64,000 nucleotides of DNA from an uncultured Gammaproteobacteria bacterium (GTDB lineage: Bacteria; Patescibacteriota; Microgenomatia; PFEM01; DATLAM01): assembly GCA_964566925.1 (NCBI GenBank), contig CAZMIZ010000003.1:30792-94791 (forward strand), given 5' to 3'. Below, in pieces: positions 18,370 through 27,894 of this stretch. The notes under the pieces were generated by a model. It saw only the letters and a list, made by a program, of their open reading frames with translations, did no database searches and was not told where the DNA came from. A program made the position numbers and the translations under genes. The stretch's first letter is position 1. Every line of letters starts with the position of its first letter.

Positions 18370-19169
18370 AGTTTGTCTAAACTGACCTCTTTTATTCTAA
18401 CACGCCCCAAATCCCCAGCAAATTTCTCTAAACTTCCCAAACCTTTATAAGAAATATCGGTAAAATAGAGCTGATGGGCTGGTTTTTGGGAGTTTCCTTG
18501 AAGTTTGTTTCTAGCTAAAAACCGTTTCAAGGCAAAAGCGGTGGCTCTTCCCGGATTGATCAAAGTCACCTTCCCCACTACCTCTTTAATTGTTTTTTGG
18601 AGGAGAGGATAATGGGTGCAACCCAGAATTAAAGTATCAATTCTTTTCTTTAATAAAGGCCGAAGGTATTCTTTAGCTAAGATTCGGGTTACCCGATGAT
18701 TGACCAATCCTTCTTCGACTAGAGGAACAAAAAGAGGACAAGCAACAGAAAAGACTTTTATTTTAGGGTTGGTCTTTTTTAATGCTTTGCTCCAGGCACT
18801 GGCCTTAATAGTGGCCTGAGTGCCGATAAGGCCAATCCTTAGATTTCTACTTCTTTGGGCTGCTTCGCGGGCGCTAGAATCAATCACTCCTAAAAGCGGT
18901 TGACTAAATTCCTTTTTTAAGCTTAATAAGGCCACACTTGAGGCGGTGTGACAAGCGGCCACAATTACCTTAATCCTTTTTTTTACTAAAAAATCAGCTA
19001 GTTGGTGAGAAAAATTAATAATCGTCTTTTTTCCTCTGGTTCCCCAAGGAACCCGGGCGGTATCACCAATAAAGATAATTCTCTCTTGGGGGAGGATTCG
19101 AATAATTTCTTTGACAACCGTCAAACCGCCCACTCCAGAGTCAAAGACGCCAATAGGCCGCTTATCCAT
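18366..19169 (-). CDS. murI: Glutamate racemase
   Basis: IGVFDSGVGGLTV and two Cys-containing catalytic boxes. Confidence 0.85.
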   Translation of the reverse strand: MDKRPIGVFDSGVGGLTVVKEIIRILPQERIIFIGDTARVPWGTRGKKTIINFSHQLADFLVKKRIKVIVAACHTASSVALLSLKKEFSQPLLGVIDSSAREAAQRSRNLRIGLIGTQATIKASAWSKALKKTNPKIKVFSVACPLFVPLVEEGLVNHRVTRILAKEYLRPLLKKRIDTLILGCTHYPLLQKTIKEVVGKVTLINPGRATAFALKRFLARNKLQGNSQKPAHQLYFTDISYKGLGSLEKFAGDLGRVRIKEVSLDKL

Positions 19170-19195
19170 TGGGGTTTATTATAGCAAAATGAGGA

Positions 19196-20227
19196 TTAAA
19201 TCACTGCTAGCCAAAGGCCAAAAAGGGCCAAAATAATTCCCGCCAGCCAGGCGCGGGCCACCACTTTAGGCTCTTCCCAACCTCTGTTTTGGAGCCAAAG
19301 ATGAGCCGGAGCCACTTTGAAAAGTCTTTTTTTCAGGAATTTTTTAGAAAGAATTTGAAAGAAGCTGGAAGCGCCTTCGACCATAAAAAAGCCGCCGATT
19401 ACCCCCAAAGCGACAATCTTGCCAATCAAAAGGCCAACCACTGCGAGGGTGGCCCCAAAAGCCAGGGCGCCGACATCACCCAGCCAAATACGAGCTGGAT
19501 AAACATTAAAATATAAAAAGGCGATCAAAGAACCCAGCCAAAGAGCCAGAAAGACCGATAAGGTTGTATCCAGGATGGAAGCCGAGAGAGCCCAAAAAGC
19601 AAAAAGGCAGACCATTAACAAACCGCAAGCTAGCCCATCTAAACCATCGGTGATGTTAAAAGCATTGGCAAAAGCGACAATCACAAAGGCACTGAAAGGA
19701 ACATACCAACCACCAATCTTGAGGGTGCCTAAAAAGGGAATATGGACAAAGTCAATCCCCAGATTTTGCCAAAGTAAAAGGCCGATGACAAAAGCTAAAA
19801 TCCACTGAATAACAAACTTATGGCGGAATCTTAAGCCAAAGAAGCCGGTCTGGGCAAAACCAAAGAATTTCATTAAATCATCATAAAGCCCTAAAAGGCC
19901 AAAAGAGATAAAGGAGAAAAAAAGAATATTCAACTCGTCTTTAATCGGGTAAGCGGTGGTAATGTAAACCCCAAGAAAAGAAATTAAGGGAAAGAAAAGG
20001 ACGTATAAAAGACTAACGACGGCAATGATTAAAAGCCCACCCCCGACCGGCGTGCCGGCTTTATGGGCGTGAAGTTTATCAAAGATTTTTGTTCGCCAGC
20101 CTAAAAGATCTTTGGTAATCTGCTTTTGGCGTAAGAATCTCAGGTGATAAAGAAGATTGATAAAGGGAACAATCAAAATACCGGTGAAGATAAAAGAAAA
20201 AATTAAAAGTCCGAGAATAAGAGCCAT
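19196..20227 (-). CDS. mraY: Phospho-N-acetylmuramoyl-pentapeptide transferase
   Basis: NAFNITDGLDGLA and DD-containing loops; polytopic. Confidence 0.9.
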   Translation of the reverse strand: MALILGLLIFSFIFTGILIVPFINLLYHLRFLRQKQITKDLLGWRTKIFDKLHAHKAGTPVGGGLLIIAVVSLLYVLFFPLISFLGVYITTAYPIKDELNILFFSFISFGLLGLYDDLMKFFGFAQTGFFGLRFRHKFVIQWILAFVIGLLLWQNLGIDFVHIPFLGTLKIGGWYVPFSAFVIVAFANAFNITDGLDGLACGLLMVCLFAFWALSASILDTTLSVFLALWLGSLIAFLYFNVYPARIWLGDVGALAFGATLAVVGLLIGKIVALGVIGGFFMVEGASSFFQILSKKFLKKRLFKVAPAHLWLQNRGWEEPKVVARAWLAGIILALFGLWLAVI

Positions 20228-20243
20228 AGGTTAGATATTAGTT

Positions 20244-20271
20244 AATAGGCATTAGGCAATAGGCATTAGGG
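20244..20271. repeat. 14-nt tandem duplication aataggcattaggc/aataggcattaggg at the dgkA 3' end; the second copy supplies the TAA stop
   Basis: Read directly. Confidence 0.6.
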
Positions 20272-20629
20272 CTAGAATTTTTGGGCCAAAAATCAAAAAA
20301 CCGACAATAACCGAGCCGATAACGGCAATCAAAACCATCCCTGAAGCCACATCCTTAGCGATTTTGGCATCCTGCCGCCATTCATAGGTAACCAGATCGG
20401 TGATTGATTCAACCGCGGTGTTAATCAGCTCGGACAACATAACAATAAAAATAGCGGCGATAATAATCGTGATTTCAATCCGGGAAAGCTGAAGTAAAAA
20501 TGAGGTGATTAAAACTAAGATGCCAATAACGACCATCAGGCGAAAGTTGGGCTGGGTGCGAAGGCAATAGCGAAGGCCAGCAAAGGCGTTTTTAAAGGAG
20601 ATCTGGTGATTTTCGTTGTTTTTAGGCAC
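20252..20629 (-). CDS. dgkA: DgkA-family lipid kinase (diacylglycerol/undecaprenol kinase)
   Basis: SFKNAFAGL and ELINTAVESITD motifs; 3 TM segments. Confidence 0.8.
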   Translation of the reverse strand: MPKNNENHQISFKNAFAGLRYCLRTQPNFRLMVVIGILVLITSFLLQLSRIEITIIIAAIFIVMLSELINTAVESITDLVTYEWRQDAKIAKDVASGMVLIAVIGSVIVGFLIFGPKILALMPIA

Positions 20630-20677
20630 AATCAGCCTCTATCAAACTTCGCCATATCGATCGAGTGATTTCTTCAA

Positions 20678-21925
20678 TTATAACCCCACCTGCAAATAGG
20701 GGCAAATCGGACACTGATGGTAGTGGTGGCAAACAGTTTTTTGGCAACTCACTTTTTTACCTTGGAGAATGAGCATCACTCGCTCCATGTGTCTCAGGAG
20801 AGAACCTTTAAGATAAACCAAATCGTCTTTTTTAAGAATCTTTTTTAGGATTTCGGCCGCTGCCTGAACATCTTTAACCCAAAAAACTTTATCTGGGTTC
20901 ATTCCGTTTTTTTTGGCCTGTCCAGCCACTAATTTCTGTAAAGGACCAACGCTAATTAGATAATCAAGTTTAAGTTCGGCCACCTTCCTGCCTACCTCTC
21001 GATGACTGGTTTCCGCCAAATCCCCTAGCTCGCCCATTTCCCCTAAAACAGCAATCCGGTGACCTTTAACAGGTAAATCGGAAAGGGTCTCTAACCCGGC
21101 TATCGTGGAAGCCGGATTGGCCCGGAGGGCATCATTAAGAAGAACTGAACCCCGCGGTCCTTTTTCAACGCTCATCCTTCCCTTTAGGGGCTTCAGTTTT
21201 GCCAATCCCTTTTTAATTTCTGACCAGCTTAAGCCTAAATTTCTGCCAACCGCCGCCGCCGCCAAACACTCATAAACAAAATGCCGCCCAATCAGCCCGG
21301 TTTTAATCTTACACAATTTTGTCCTTAAGGATAATTTTGTGTAACTTAGCTTGAAACTTGTTCCTGAAAAATCAACCTCGATGTCTTCTGCTCTAAAATC
21401 ACAGTTTTCGGCGGTTCCATACCAAACAACTTTGGCTTTGGTTTTTTTCGCCATTGGCCGCACTTTTTGATCATCATAATTTAAAACCGCCAAGCCATTT
21501 TTAGGCAAAGCTTCAACCAGTTTCCCTTTTTCCTTAATGACCCCAGCCAAAGAGCCTAAAAGCTCTGGATCTGAATGAGTTGGGTTGATGCCGGTGACCA
21601 CCCCGATTTGGGGCTTAACCAAGCCAAGATGAAAATCCATTTCGTTCTTATGATCAACCCCGTATTCTAAAACCAAAATCTGGTGACCGGGACGGAGTTT
21701 TAAAAGGGTAATCGGCAGATTATAGACCGTATCCAGGTTGAGATCGGTTTGGAGGGTGTGGTGTCTTTCTGAAAGAACTTGGGTAATCGCCCGAGCGGTA
21801 TTGGTTTTACCGTAACTGCCGGTAATCCCAATAATCTTAACTTGGGGATTCAGCTTGAGCCAAAGTTTGGCGACCAAGCGGCGCGTTTGATGAAGGGGTT
21901 GTTTCCAGGCTGAAGTCTCGGCCAT
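20678..21925 (-). CDS. murF: UDP-MurNAc-tripeptide--D-Ala-D-Ala ligase MurF with an unusual Cys/His-rich C-terminal tail. Start uncertain: the ATG at 21925 is preferred, while the longer 22012 start would overlap the upstream gene by 55 nt
   Basis: P-loop GITGSYGKTNT and Mur ligase middle/C domains; tail CQKTVCHHYHQCPICPY. Confidence 0.8.
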   Translation of the reverse strand: MAETSAWKQPLHQTRRLVAKLWLKLNPQVKIIGITGSYGKTNTARAITQVLSERHHTLQTDLNLDTVYNLPITLLKLRPGHQILVLEYGVDHKNEMDFHLGLVKPQIGVVTGINPTHSDPELLGSLAGVIKEKGKLVEALPKNGLAVLNYDDQKVRPMAKKTKAKVVWYGTAENCDFRAEDIEVDFSGTSFKLSYTKLSLRTKLCKIKTGLIGRHFVYECLAAAAVGRNLGLSWSEIKKGLAKLKPLKGRMSVEKGPRGSVLLNDALRANPASTIAGLETLSDLPVKGHRIAVLGEMGELGDLAETSHREVGRKVAELKLDYLISVGPLQKLVAGQAKKNGMNPDKVFWVKDVQAAAEILKKILKKDDLVYLKGSLLRHMERVMLILQGKKVSCQKTVCHHYHQCPICPYLQVGL

Positions 21926-21957
21926 GAACTCTATTCTACCACGGGGGAGTGAAGAAT

Positions 21958-22311
21958 TTAAGCTTCTGTCTCTGTTAGTTCTTTTTTCTTGAAACCAAAT
22001 TTCTCTCTCCATTCATCAGCTTCTTCAGCCGTCAAGTTTCCTTGCGCCACTCCCAGATCAATTTCTCTTTTTACTTGACTGAAAAAACCTACTAGGTGCC
22101 CTTCTTGTAGAGATAAGTTAAATCTCTCTTCAAGCTCCGCAGGAGAAAGTTCGCTTGCTTCTTCAGCTATAACAACAAGCTCTCCTTGTCTCTCTGGGGA
22201 ACATTCAGACCCTCGGAAATAGCCTTGACTATTTTCATAGACCTCTTTAAAATAGGTCCCATCAAAATCTGACTTCCCTTTTACAGGTGTCGAGTTTTCT
22301 TTATCTTCCAT
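21958..22311 (-). CDS. Hypothetical acidic protein, 117 aa
   Basis: ORF only. Confidence 0.45.
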   Translation of the reverse strand: MEDKENSTPVKGKSDFDGTYFKEVYENSQGYFRGSECSPERQGELVVIAEEASELSPAELEERFNLSLQEGHLVGFFSQVKREIDLGVAQGNLTAEEADEWREKFGFKKKELTETEA

Positions 22312-22372
22312 TTCAGTTTTTATGAGCTTCTTCCAAAAAAATTATATCATTCTAGGCTAAATTAGCAAAAGG

Positions 22373-23026
22373 TTATGCTTCTATTGTCCCTAATTTAGAT
22401 ATGGCCTGCACCGCCTCTCTCTTTTGGATGATCCTCCCCTTTTTCCTATCGATAATTGATTCAAGTTCGGCCTTGGGTGCACCCTGGAAAAGGGCGGCTG
22501 AGAAAATATTGGCTAAGCCTTTGATACTCCTTACCCACCCTTTAAACTCCTCGCTTTTTCTATCAACGCCAATTTGGCCAGCGTATTCTCCTGAAAGAAT
22601 GTCCAAACAATTGTCAGCAACCTCAATTGCTTGGTCAAGGAAGCTTTGAGCGTGATGAACTTTTATTGGATCTTTTGACCTAGCTTTAGCTTTCTCAAGC
22701 TTTCCCAAATCTCGGGAATCAACATCAACTCTTAAACGGCTACCTTCTTGATACCTTGCATTCTTTAATAATCTCTCAGTCAAAGCCAGCTCGAAAATCG
22801 CCCCTTCAATGGGTAAAAAATCGTCTGGAGTAACAGGAAAAAATTTACTTCTCAACTCTTGTGCCTTATCAAGATGCTCTTTGGCTTTCTCCCAAAATAT
22901 TCCCTTTTTGTCTTCCAGCGCCGGGAAATAGGTTTCCTCAACCCTTTCTATAGCCAGAAAACCGCAGAGGACCTCCTCTGTTTTACTCAAGCTGGTTGTG
23001 GAAAACTTTTCGCGTTCAAACTTCAT
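22373..23026 (-). CDS. Hypothetical protein, 217 aa
   Basis: ORF only; overlaps the upstream GNAT gene by 11 nt, suggesting an operon. Confidence 0.5.
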   Translation of the reverse strand: MKFEREKFSTTSLSKTEEVLCGFLAIERVEETYFPALEDKKGIFWEKAKEHLDKAQELRSKFFPVTPDDFLPIEGAIFELALTERLLKNARYQEGSRLRVDVDSRDLGKLEKAKARSKDPIKVHHAQSFLDQAIEVADNCLDILSGEYAGQIGVDRKSEEFKGWVRSIKGLANIFSAALFQGAPKAELESIIDRKKGRIIQKREAVQAISKLGTIEA

Positions 23027-24023
23027 TGTTTCCTCTCTGTCTTAACTCCTGGGCGTATTGGCTGTAAAAATCTAATTCTTCGAATGCGCGGATATCTCCC
23101 ATGGCTGCAAAAGTCTGCATTTGCCTTCTCTTAAGCTCTAAATAACGATCCAGCTTGCCATCTCGATAAGCCATTTCCAAGGCTCTCCGAATCGCCTCAT
23201 AATGATCCGGACCAAAAGAATCGACCTCTCTCTTCCATCTGGTTAGCCAAAGTTCCTGGGCCTCGTGTTCAATCTCATAAGGAATGCAGTCTGTAAAATC
23301 CTCACCTAGTCCTCTCTTATAATGGTCGTAATTTATCACTATTGTCCTAATAGGGTCATTCCCCAACCTAAAGGCGGCGGCTCCGGCAAGTGGTTCTTCA
23401 CCAAGATATTCCCTGGTAATCATCACAAACTCTGGAGCCTCTAAAATTAGAGCTCTTTCTCTTTTTTTGGCTAAATACTTTTCTTCTAGTCCTTTTGACC
23501 AAAAGTAAAAAAGGTGATCTCCCCGGTCTTGGACCGGAAAATAACCAGCTCTTTCCAAAACCCTGGCTGAGGCCAGGTTATCTTCATGAACCTTAGCAAA
23601 AAGATCAGTATAACCCAGCTCATCAGAAACATAGGCGCTTAAAAGACGCACCGCTTCGGTCATGTATCCCTGACCCGTGAATTGGGAACCAAGATAATAG
23701 CCAATTTCCGCCCTGTCAGGGGTCAACTCATCTGGGGTCAAGTCAATGCTCCCGACCATCACCCCTTCTTGATTACGGATCGCTAACCAAAGATTTTTGG
23801 GATTCGGAGGATCAACGATGCTGTTAAGGACGAGCTCTAACGTAGGATACTTAGCGGCCGTCTGATCACCATATTGCGAGAGATGAGGCCTGTTAGCGTC
23901 AATCAAAGCAAAAATTTCTTCGGCGTCCTCTGGAGAGAACTTAACCAGGCGCACCCCCGAGTTGGGGGATAAAATCTCAAGAGGAACGGTAGAACCAGTG
24001 TTTCGCAAATCTTCTGCACCCAT
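23016..24023 (-). CDS. Two-domain protein: N-terminal GNAT N-acetyltransferase (RimJ/RimL-like) plus a C-terminal uncharacterised domain
   Basis: GNAT core pattern (IGYYLGSQFTGQGYMTEAVRLL...ARVLERAGY). Confidence 0.6.
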   Translation of the reverse strand: MGAEDLRNTGSTVPLEILSPNSGVRLVKFSPEDAEEIFALIDANRPHLSQYGDQTAAKYPTLELVLNSIVDPPNPKNLWLAIRNQEGVMVGSIDLTPDELTPDRAEIGYYLGSQFTGQGYMTEAVRLLSAYVSDELGYTDLFAKVHEDNLASARVLERAGYFPVQDRGDHLFYFWSKGLEEKYLAKKRERALILEAPEFVMITREYLGEEPLAGAAAFRLGNDPIRTIVINYDHYKRGLGEDFTDCIPYEIEHEAQELWLTRWKREVDSFGPDHYEAIRRALEMAYRDGKLDRYLELKRRQMQTFAAMGDIRAFEELDFYSQYAQELRQRGNNEV

Positions 24024-24094
24024 AGAAAAGTGAAATCAATTATATCTAGAAAGAAGCGAAAGATCAATGTTATAGGATATATATTGGCCAAGGA

Positions 24095-24562
24095 ATGGTA
24101 AAATTAATAAAAGAAATGGCCAGATCAGAAAGTTATTTTTATTTTGGCAGATTTTTAGAAGATTCGGAACGGAATAAGGAAATAATCCTGGCAGGCGAAT
24201 TCCTTAAACCCCTCCGGGTGGGAATCGAACACGGATATATTCAAACCGTGGACGATTTCTACGAAGAGCTGGAATCAGATCAGCAACTGGTTGGAACAGA
24301 GATTAATCTCGCTATCTCATTCGCTATTGTCGCTGTAGAAATGCAAGATGCTCTTGAAGAGAATCAGGCTGGCCAACCGCCTCTTGATTTTTGGGAACGC
24401 TACCATCTTTTTTCTCTCATCGGCAAAGCAATTGCCGACGATGAAAGAGTCTTTCTGCAATCAAACTTCCAGCCAGGAAAAGAAGAGGATGAAAAATTTA
24501 TAGAAATAGTGAGAAAAGTAATGGGAAAGGTTGAGGCGGAGATAAGCCAAATCGGCGACTAA
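24095..24562 (+). CDS. Hypothetical acidic protein, 155 aa
   Basis: ORF only. Confidence 0.45.
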   Translation: MVKLIKEMARSESYFYFGRFLEDSERNKEIILAGEFLKPLRVGIEHGYIQTVDDFYEELESDQQLVGTEINLAISFAIVAVEMQDALEENQAGQPPLDFWERYHLFSLIGKAIADDERVFLQSNFQPGKEEDEKFIEIVRKVMGKVEAEISQIGD

Positions 24563-24650
24563 GCTTCCTTTCATCTTTTTTCCAATTCCTTTATATTTCA
24601 CTTCAACAATTCTATCAAATCCAGAGGGAAATTTTCCGAGCCATTTTTAG

Positions 24651-25445
24651 TCAGATGGAGGAGATGGGTGCTGATAATAATCTCTCGAGAACTCTAGGAT
24701 TTTCTTTACTCGAAGAATAAAGTCCGAGATTAAAATCCTGGGCTACCCTGACGTCTAAATTTAAAATTTCTAGAGGACGCGACCTCGACAAAAGTTCTTC
24801 TCCTGAAATCTCCGGTTTCTCCTTTTTAATCTCGGCCAACGCTTCTCTTTGACTTAGCATGTTTAATTGGAGTAAATAAGGTTTGAGCTCATCATGATGA
24901 CGATCTAACGAAATAGAGCCCTGGCCAGTCTCTAAGGATTTAAGAACAAGCATCAGGTTTTGTTCAGAAACTACGGCCATCAAAAAGTCTTCCAAATGGC
25001 TAAAATAATCCGAGTAACCAAGAAAATAAATTAAGTCTGATCTACTTAACAAAGCCGGTCTATCATAAGCATGAGGATGGACTGTTCCTAAAACGACAAA
25101 ATCATATTTTCTGATTGTCCGCTTGCTGGCCTTTTCCAATTTTATCCACGTTCTTCCAAAATCAGGCCTACCCCCTCGTTGACCAGCAACAATACCAAAA
25201 CCCGGTTTATAAAAGAGGGGTTTGTAAGTTTCCATGCGCCTATTATCGAGTGAATATTGAAGTTCTTGTTGGAAAAAGCTTTCCAGTGTTTCATTTAGAG
25301 TAATCCGGAGAGGCAAAGAATCAAATGGGGGAAAAACTCCTTCCCGTAAACTTTCAAAAATGTCGTGAAGTTCGACCGGAGGGGCACCCGCAAATTCATA
25401 CCCTCTAGGAATTTTTATTTCTTGTGAAGGAGATTCATTCGTCAT
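24651..25445 (-). CDS. Hypothetical protein, 264 aa; contains HPHAYDRPALLSRSD, loosely JAB/MPN-like (HxH..S..D)
   Basis: ORF; the motif is off by one residue from the canonical JAMM spacing. Confidence 0.45.
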   Translation of the reverse strand: MTNESPSQEIKIPRGYEFAGAPPVELHDIFESLREGVFPPFDSLPLRITLNETLESFFQQELQYSLDNRRMETYKPLFYKPGFGIVAGQRGGRPDFGRTWIKLEKASKRTIRKYDFVVLGTVHPHAYDRPALLSRSDLIYFLGYSDYFSHLEDFLMAVVSEQNLMLVLKSLETGQGSISLDRHHDELKPYLLQLNMLSQREALAEIKKEKPEISGEELLSRSRPLEILNLDVRVAQDFNLGLYSSSKENPRVLERLLSAPISSI

Positions 25446-25508
25446 AAGATAAATGACCTTTTGGGCAGTCAGTAATTATACCACGAGGCATAGTTTTGGA
25501 GTAAAATT

Positions 25509-25769
25509 TTAGGGAAGTTCTCCTCTAGACATTCTTTTGCTGGCGTCTCCGGAGGTTCCAGTCCCTGGGGTACCTGATCCAGGCTGTGTTTCCTCAAGCT
25601 CGGTTTCAAGTCCCTCCTCTTTTTCCAATAAGTCCATCAGTTCTTCTCCTCCCGCAGTGCTCAGTTGACTTCTAACTGAGTCTAGCTCTTCAAGAAGTTT
25701 GGCCCTTTTTTGTTCGGGCGTCAATTTTCTCTTGCTTTTTAGATCTTCCTGCTTTTCTGAAAATGCCAT
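25509..25769 (-). CDS. Small acidic coiled-coil-like protein, 86 aa
   Basis: ORF only. Confidence 0.35.
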   Translation of the reverse strand: MAFSEKQEDLKSKRKLTPEQKRAKLLEELDSVRSQLSTAGGEELMDLLEKEEGLETELEETQPGSGTPGTGTSGDASKRMSRGELP

Positions 25770-25810
25770 TTCCCCTCCACGATAGGATTTTAAGTTTAAC
25801 GGACTGACGG

Positions 25811-26008
25811 CTACCTGGTTAATTTTCTATATTGGAGACACCTTCTCGCAAACTCAGCCCCATAGATTAAGGTCGGTCCTAAGGCTACTGGCCAATATCG
25901 GGAAGCCATCGCGCCGCCAAGTAAAAAAAGCCCAGAGATGGCCGTTTTCTCGTAGGCTCTTTTTTGCTCAAGATCGTTGCTGCTTGTTGGTGCCTGCTCT
26001 TTTCCCAT
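25811..26008 (-). CDS. Small protein, 65 aa, with a hydrophobic segment
   Basis: ORF only. Confidence 0.3.
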   Translation of the reverse strand: MGKEQAPTSSNDLEQKRAYEKTAISGLFLLGGAMASRYWPVALGPTLIYGAEFARRCLQYRKLTR

Positions 26009-26009
26009 T

Positions 26010-26027
26010 TGTGAAAATTATATCACA
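26010..26027. promoter_or_regulatory. Palindrome TGTGA-N8-TCACA in the divergent promoter region (CRP/FNR-like half-sites with non-canonical spacing)
   Basis: Read directly; a TTGACT-16-TATATT promoter for the 26111 gene lies 50 nt downstream. Confidence 0.35.
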
Positions 26028-26110
26028 AGGCAGGGTTTTAGGGGCCTAAATTAGCTGACAAACTAGCTAAATCTTGACTTTAACCTCGGAAATGATATAT
26101 TGGACCCAAG

Positions 26111-26449
26111 ATGATTCGGGTAGAAAACCCAATTTCCTGGTTCCGCCCCAAAAGACATTACCAAAAATTCGAAGAATTTGCTCAAGGATTAGACAATCAA
26201 GCGCTGGTTGAGAAAAGAGAAAAATACGACCACACTCTTCGGAATACAGCCATCATCTCGGGCCTAGGAGTAGCTGCTGGCGTTGGCGTGCTTGGGGTTT
26301 TAGCCCCTATCATTCCTGAAATTTGGTTGACAAGTGGCCTAATGGCTGGTGGTGTAAGTGCCATTGGACCTACAAGACATACCATTAGAGTGGGAGAAAA
26401 GGCCATCCTCAACGAAGAAATAGAAATAAGAAATTTACCTCAGAAATAA
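26111..26449 (+). CDS. Small membrane protein, 112 aa
   Basis: Gly/Ala-rich TM segments. Confidence 0.45.
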   Translation: MIRVENPISWFRPKRHYQKFEEFAQGLDNQALVEKREKYDHTLRNTAIISGLGVAAGVGVLGVLAPIIPEIWLTSGLMAGGVSAIGPTRHTIRVGEKAILNEEIEIRNLPQK

Positions 26450-26457
26450 ACATCTTT

Positions 26458-27045
26458 ATGGCAGAAACAAAAGGTTTAGCTCCAGCACCCCCAAAAGACC
26501 TCCAGCCTCTCCCAGAAATACCAGATCTTCAACAAAAATTTGAAGACCTTTTACAACAGTTTGTTTCTGAAGGGGGCAATCAAGAGGTTAGACAAGAAAT
26601 CGAAACATTTCAAGATGTAAATGAAGAGGGGGTTGAGCAAGCAATGTTCGTGGCGCCAGGTTGGTCAAAAGAAAGTCCTCCTAATGTTGGTGTCGCTTTT
26701 GAGGTTAGCCGAGGTCGCGCCAGCTACACCGGTAAATTTTATGAAAGCAATCCTCCCGCTTACGGAAGAGTAACAGCCAGTGAATTTCATTTCGATTCAG
26801 AAGGGGAAGGTAAAGGCATTTCAGGACCGCCAGGAATATTCGACCCACTAGGAGAGACATTAACTGATCGGTATGATGCTCCAATCATTCAAGCAGTAGC
26901 CAACGTTTTTAAAAAGAGAATCTTACATTCTTTAGAGGCTCGGGATCAAAAGAGAATAAGGGAACTAGTTCAAAAGGGTTATCGGCGCCGAAAGGGCTAT
27001 CCTCAAGTCTTCGATAAATTCTACGAACCCCAACCTGGCAGGTGA
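26458..27045 (+). CDS. Hypothetical protein, 195 aa
   Basis: ORF 9 nt after the previous gene. Confidence 0.45.
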   Translation: MAETKGLAPAPPKDLQPLPEIPDLQQKFEDLLQQFVSEGGNQEVRQEIETFQDVNEEGVEQAMFVAPGWSKESPPNVGVAFEVSRGRASYTGKFYESNPPAYGRVTASEFHFDSEGEGKGISGPPGIFDPLGETLTDRYDAPIIQAVANVFKKRILHSLEARDQKRIRELVQKGYRRRKGYPQVFDKFYEPQPGR

Positions 27046-27071
27046 AAGCAAGATTTTAATTTCTCAAAAAC

Positions 27072-27602
27072 TTAACCACCTGGACAGATATCTTCGGCCC
27101 AAAGGCCGCGGTCATTTTCTCTTGCCTCCTGTTCGGCTTCTCTAAATAACTCTTGATATTTGACATCCGGCGGATAGGTGGCGGTTTGAGCGTATCCCTG
27201 CCTTACCAGATAATCGTTGACGAATAAGTTATCCACATAGACATAGCGCAAAAGCCGATGATACTGATCCGTTTCGGAAACATCCTTTTCTAGCCTAACC
27301 TCTTTGCCTTCAACCAATTCTTTGTTCTTTTCGGTGGCCTCATCAGCCAAACAGCCGCTTTCCGGCGTATCAATGCCAATATAACGCACTCTTTCCCCAC
27401 CCTCGACTTCAATCGTATCCCCATCAATCACCCGAGTAACTGTGAATGTCTGTTCTTCAACCGGAGACGTCTCGATTGTCGGAGTTGGCTCTGAAGTAGT
27501 TTCTTTTGGACTAAAACCCTGGCCAAGAGCAAACCCAATAAGGAGCAACGCCCCACCAAGGATTACAAAAAGGATTTTCTTAGGAATCTTCACCTTAGTC
27601 AT
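27072..27602 (-). CDS. Membrane-anchored thermonuclease (staphylococcal nuclease/SNase family)
   Basis: N-terminal TM segment, then VTRVIDGDTIEV...RVRYIGIDTPE SNase core. Confidence 0.75.
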   Translation of the reverse strand: MTKVKIPKKILFVILGGALLLIGFALGQGFSPKETTSEPTPTIETSPVEEQTFTVTRVIDGDTIEVEGGERVRYIGIDTPESGCLADEATEKNKELVEGKEVRLEKDVSETDQYHRLLRYVYVDNLFVNDYLVRQGYAQTATYPPDVKYQELFREAEQEARENDRGLWAEDICPGG

Positions 27603-27885
27603 TTTTCTCCGCTCGACGGAGCTTAAGTTTTAGTTTTTTGAAAAAAAGAACGAAAGAGAAAATGACATACAAATAAACAACAATAACCCAATCGTCGTAT
27701 AAACCTCGAAGTGTAGGGGGCGTAACTAAAATGAAAAAGAATAATGCAAGGGGGAGATTCAAAAATGCGAATAAATTGATAATTCGCACTCTATTCATTG
27801 GGTATATAATAACATTTTTCGCGGAATTCTTACTTTTGCCATTTTTAGCCCCCGAATTTACACTGAGTTTGCCAAAGTGCCACAA
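27595..27885 (-). CDS. Small membrane protein, 96 aa, overlapping the thermonuclease start by 8 nt
   Basis: ORF with a TM segment. Confidence 0.4.
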   Translation of the reverse strand: MWHFGKLSVNSGAKNGKSKNSAKNVIIYPMNRVRIINLFAFLNLPLALFFFILVTPPTLRGLYDDWVIVVYLYVIFSFVLFFKKLKLKLRRAEKND

Positions 27886-27894
27886 TTTTAATCT

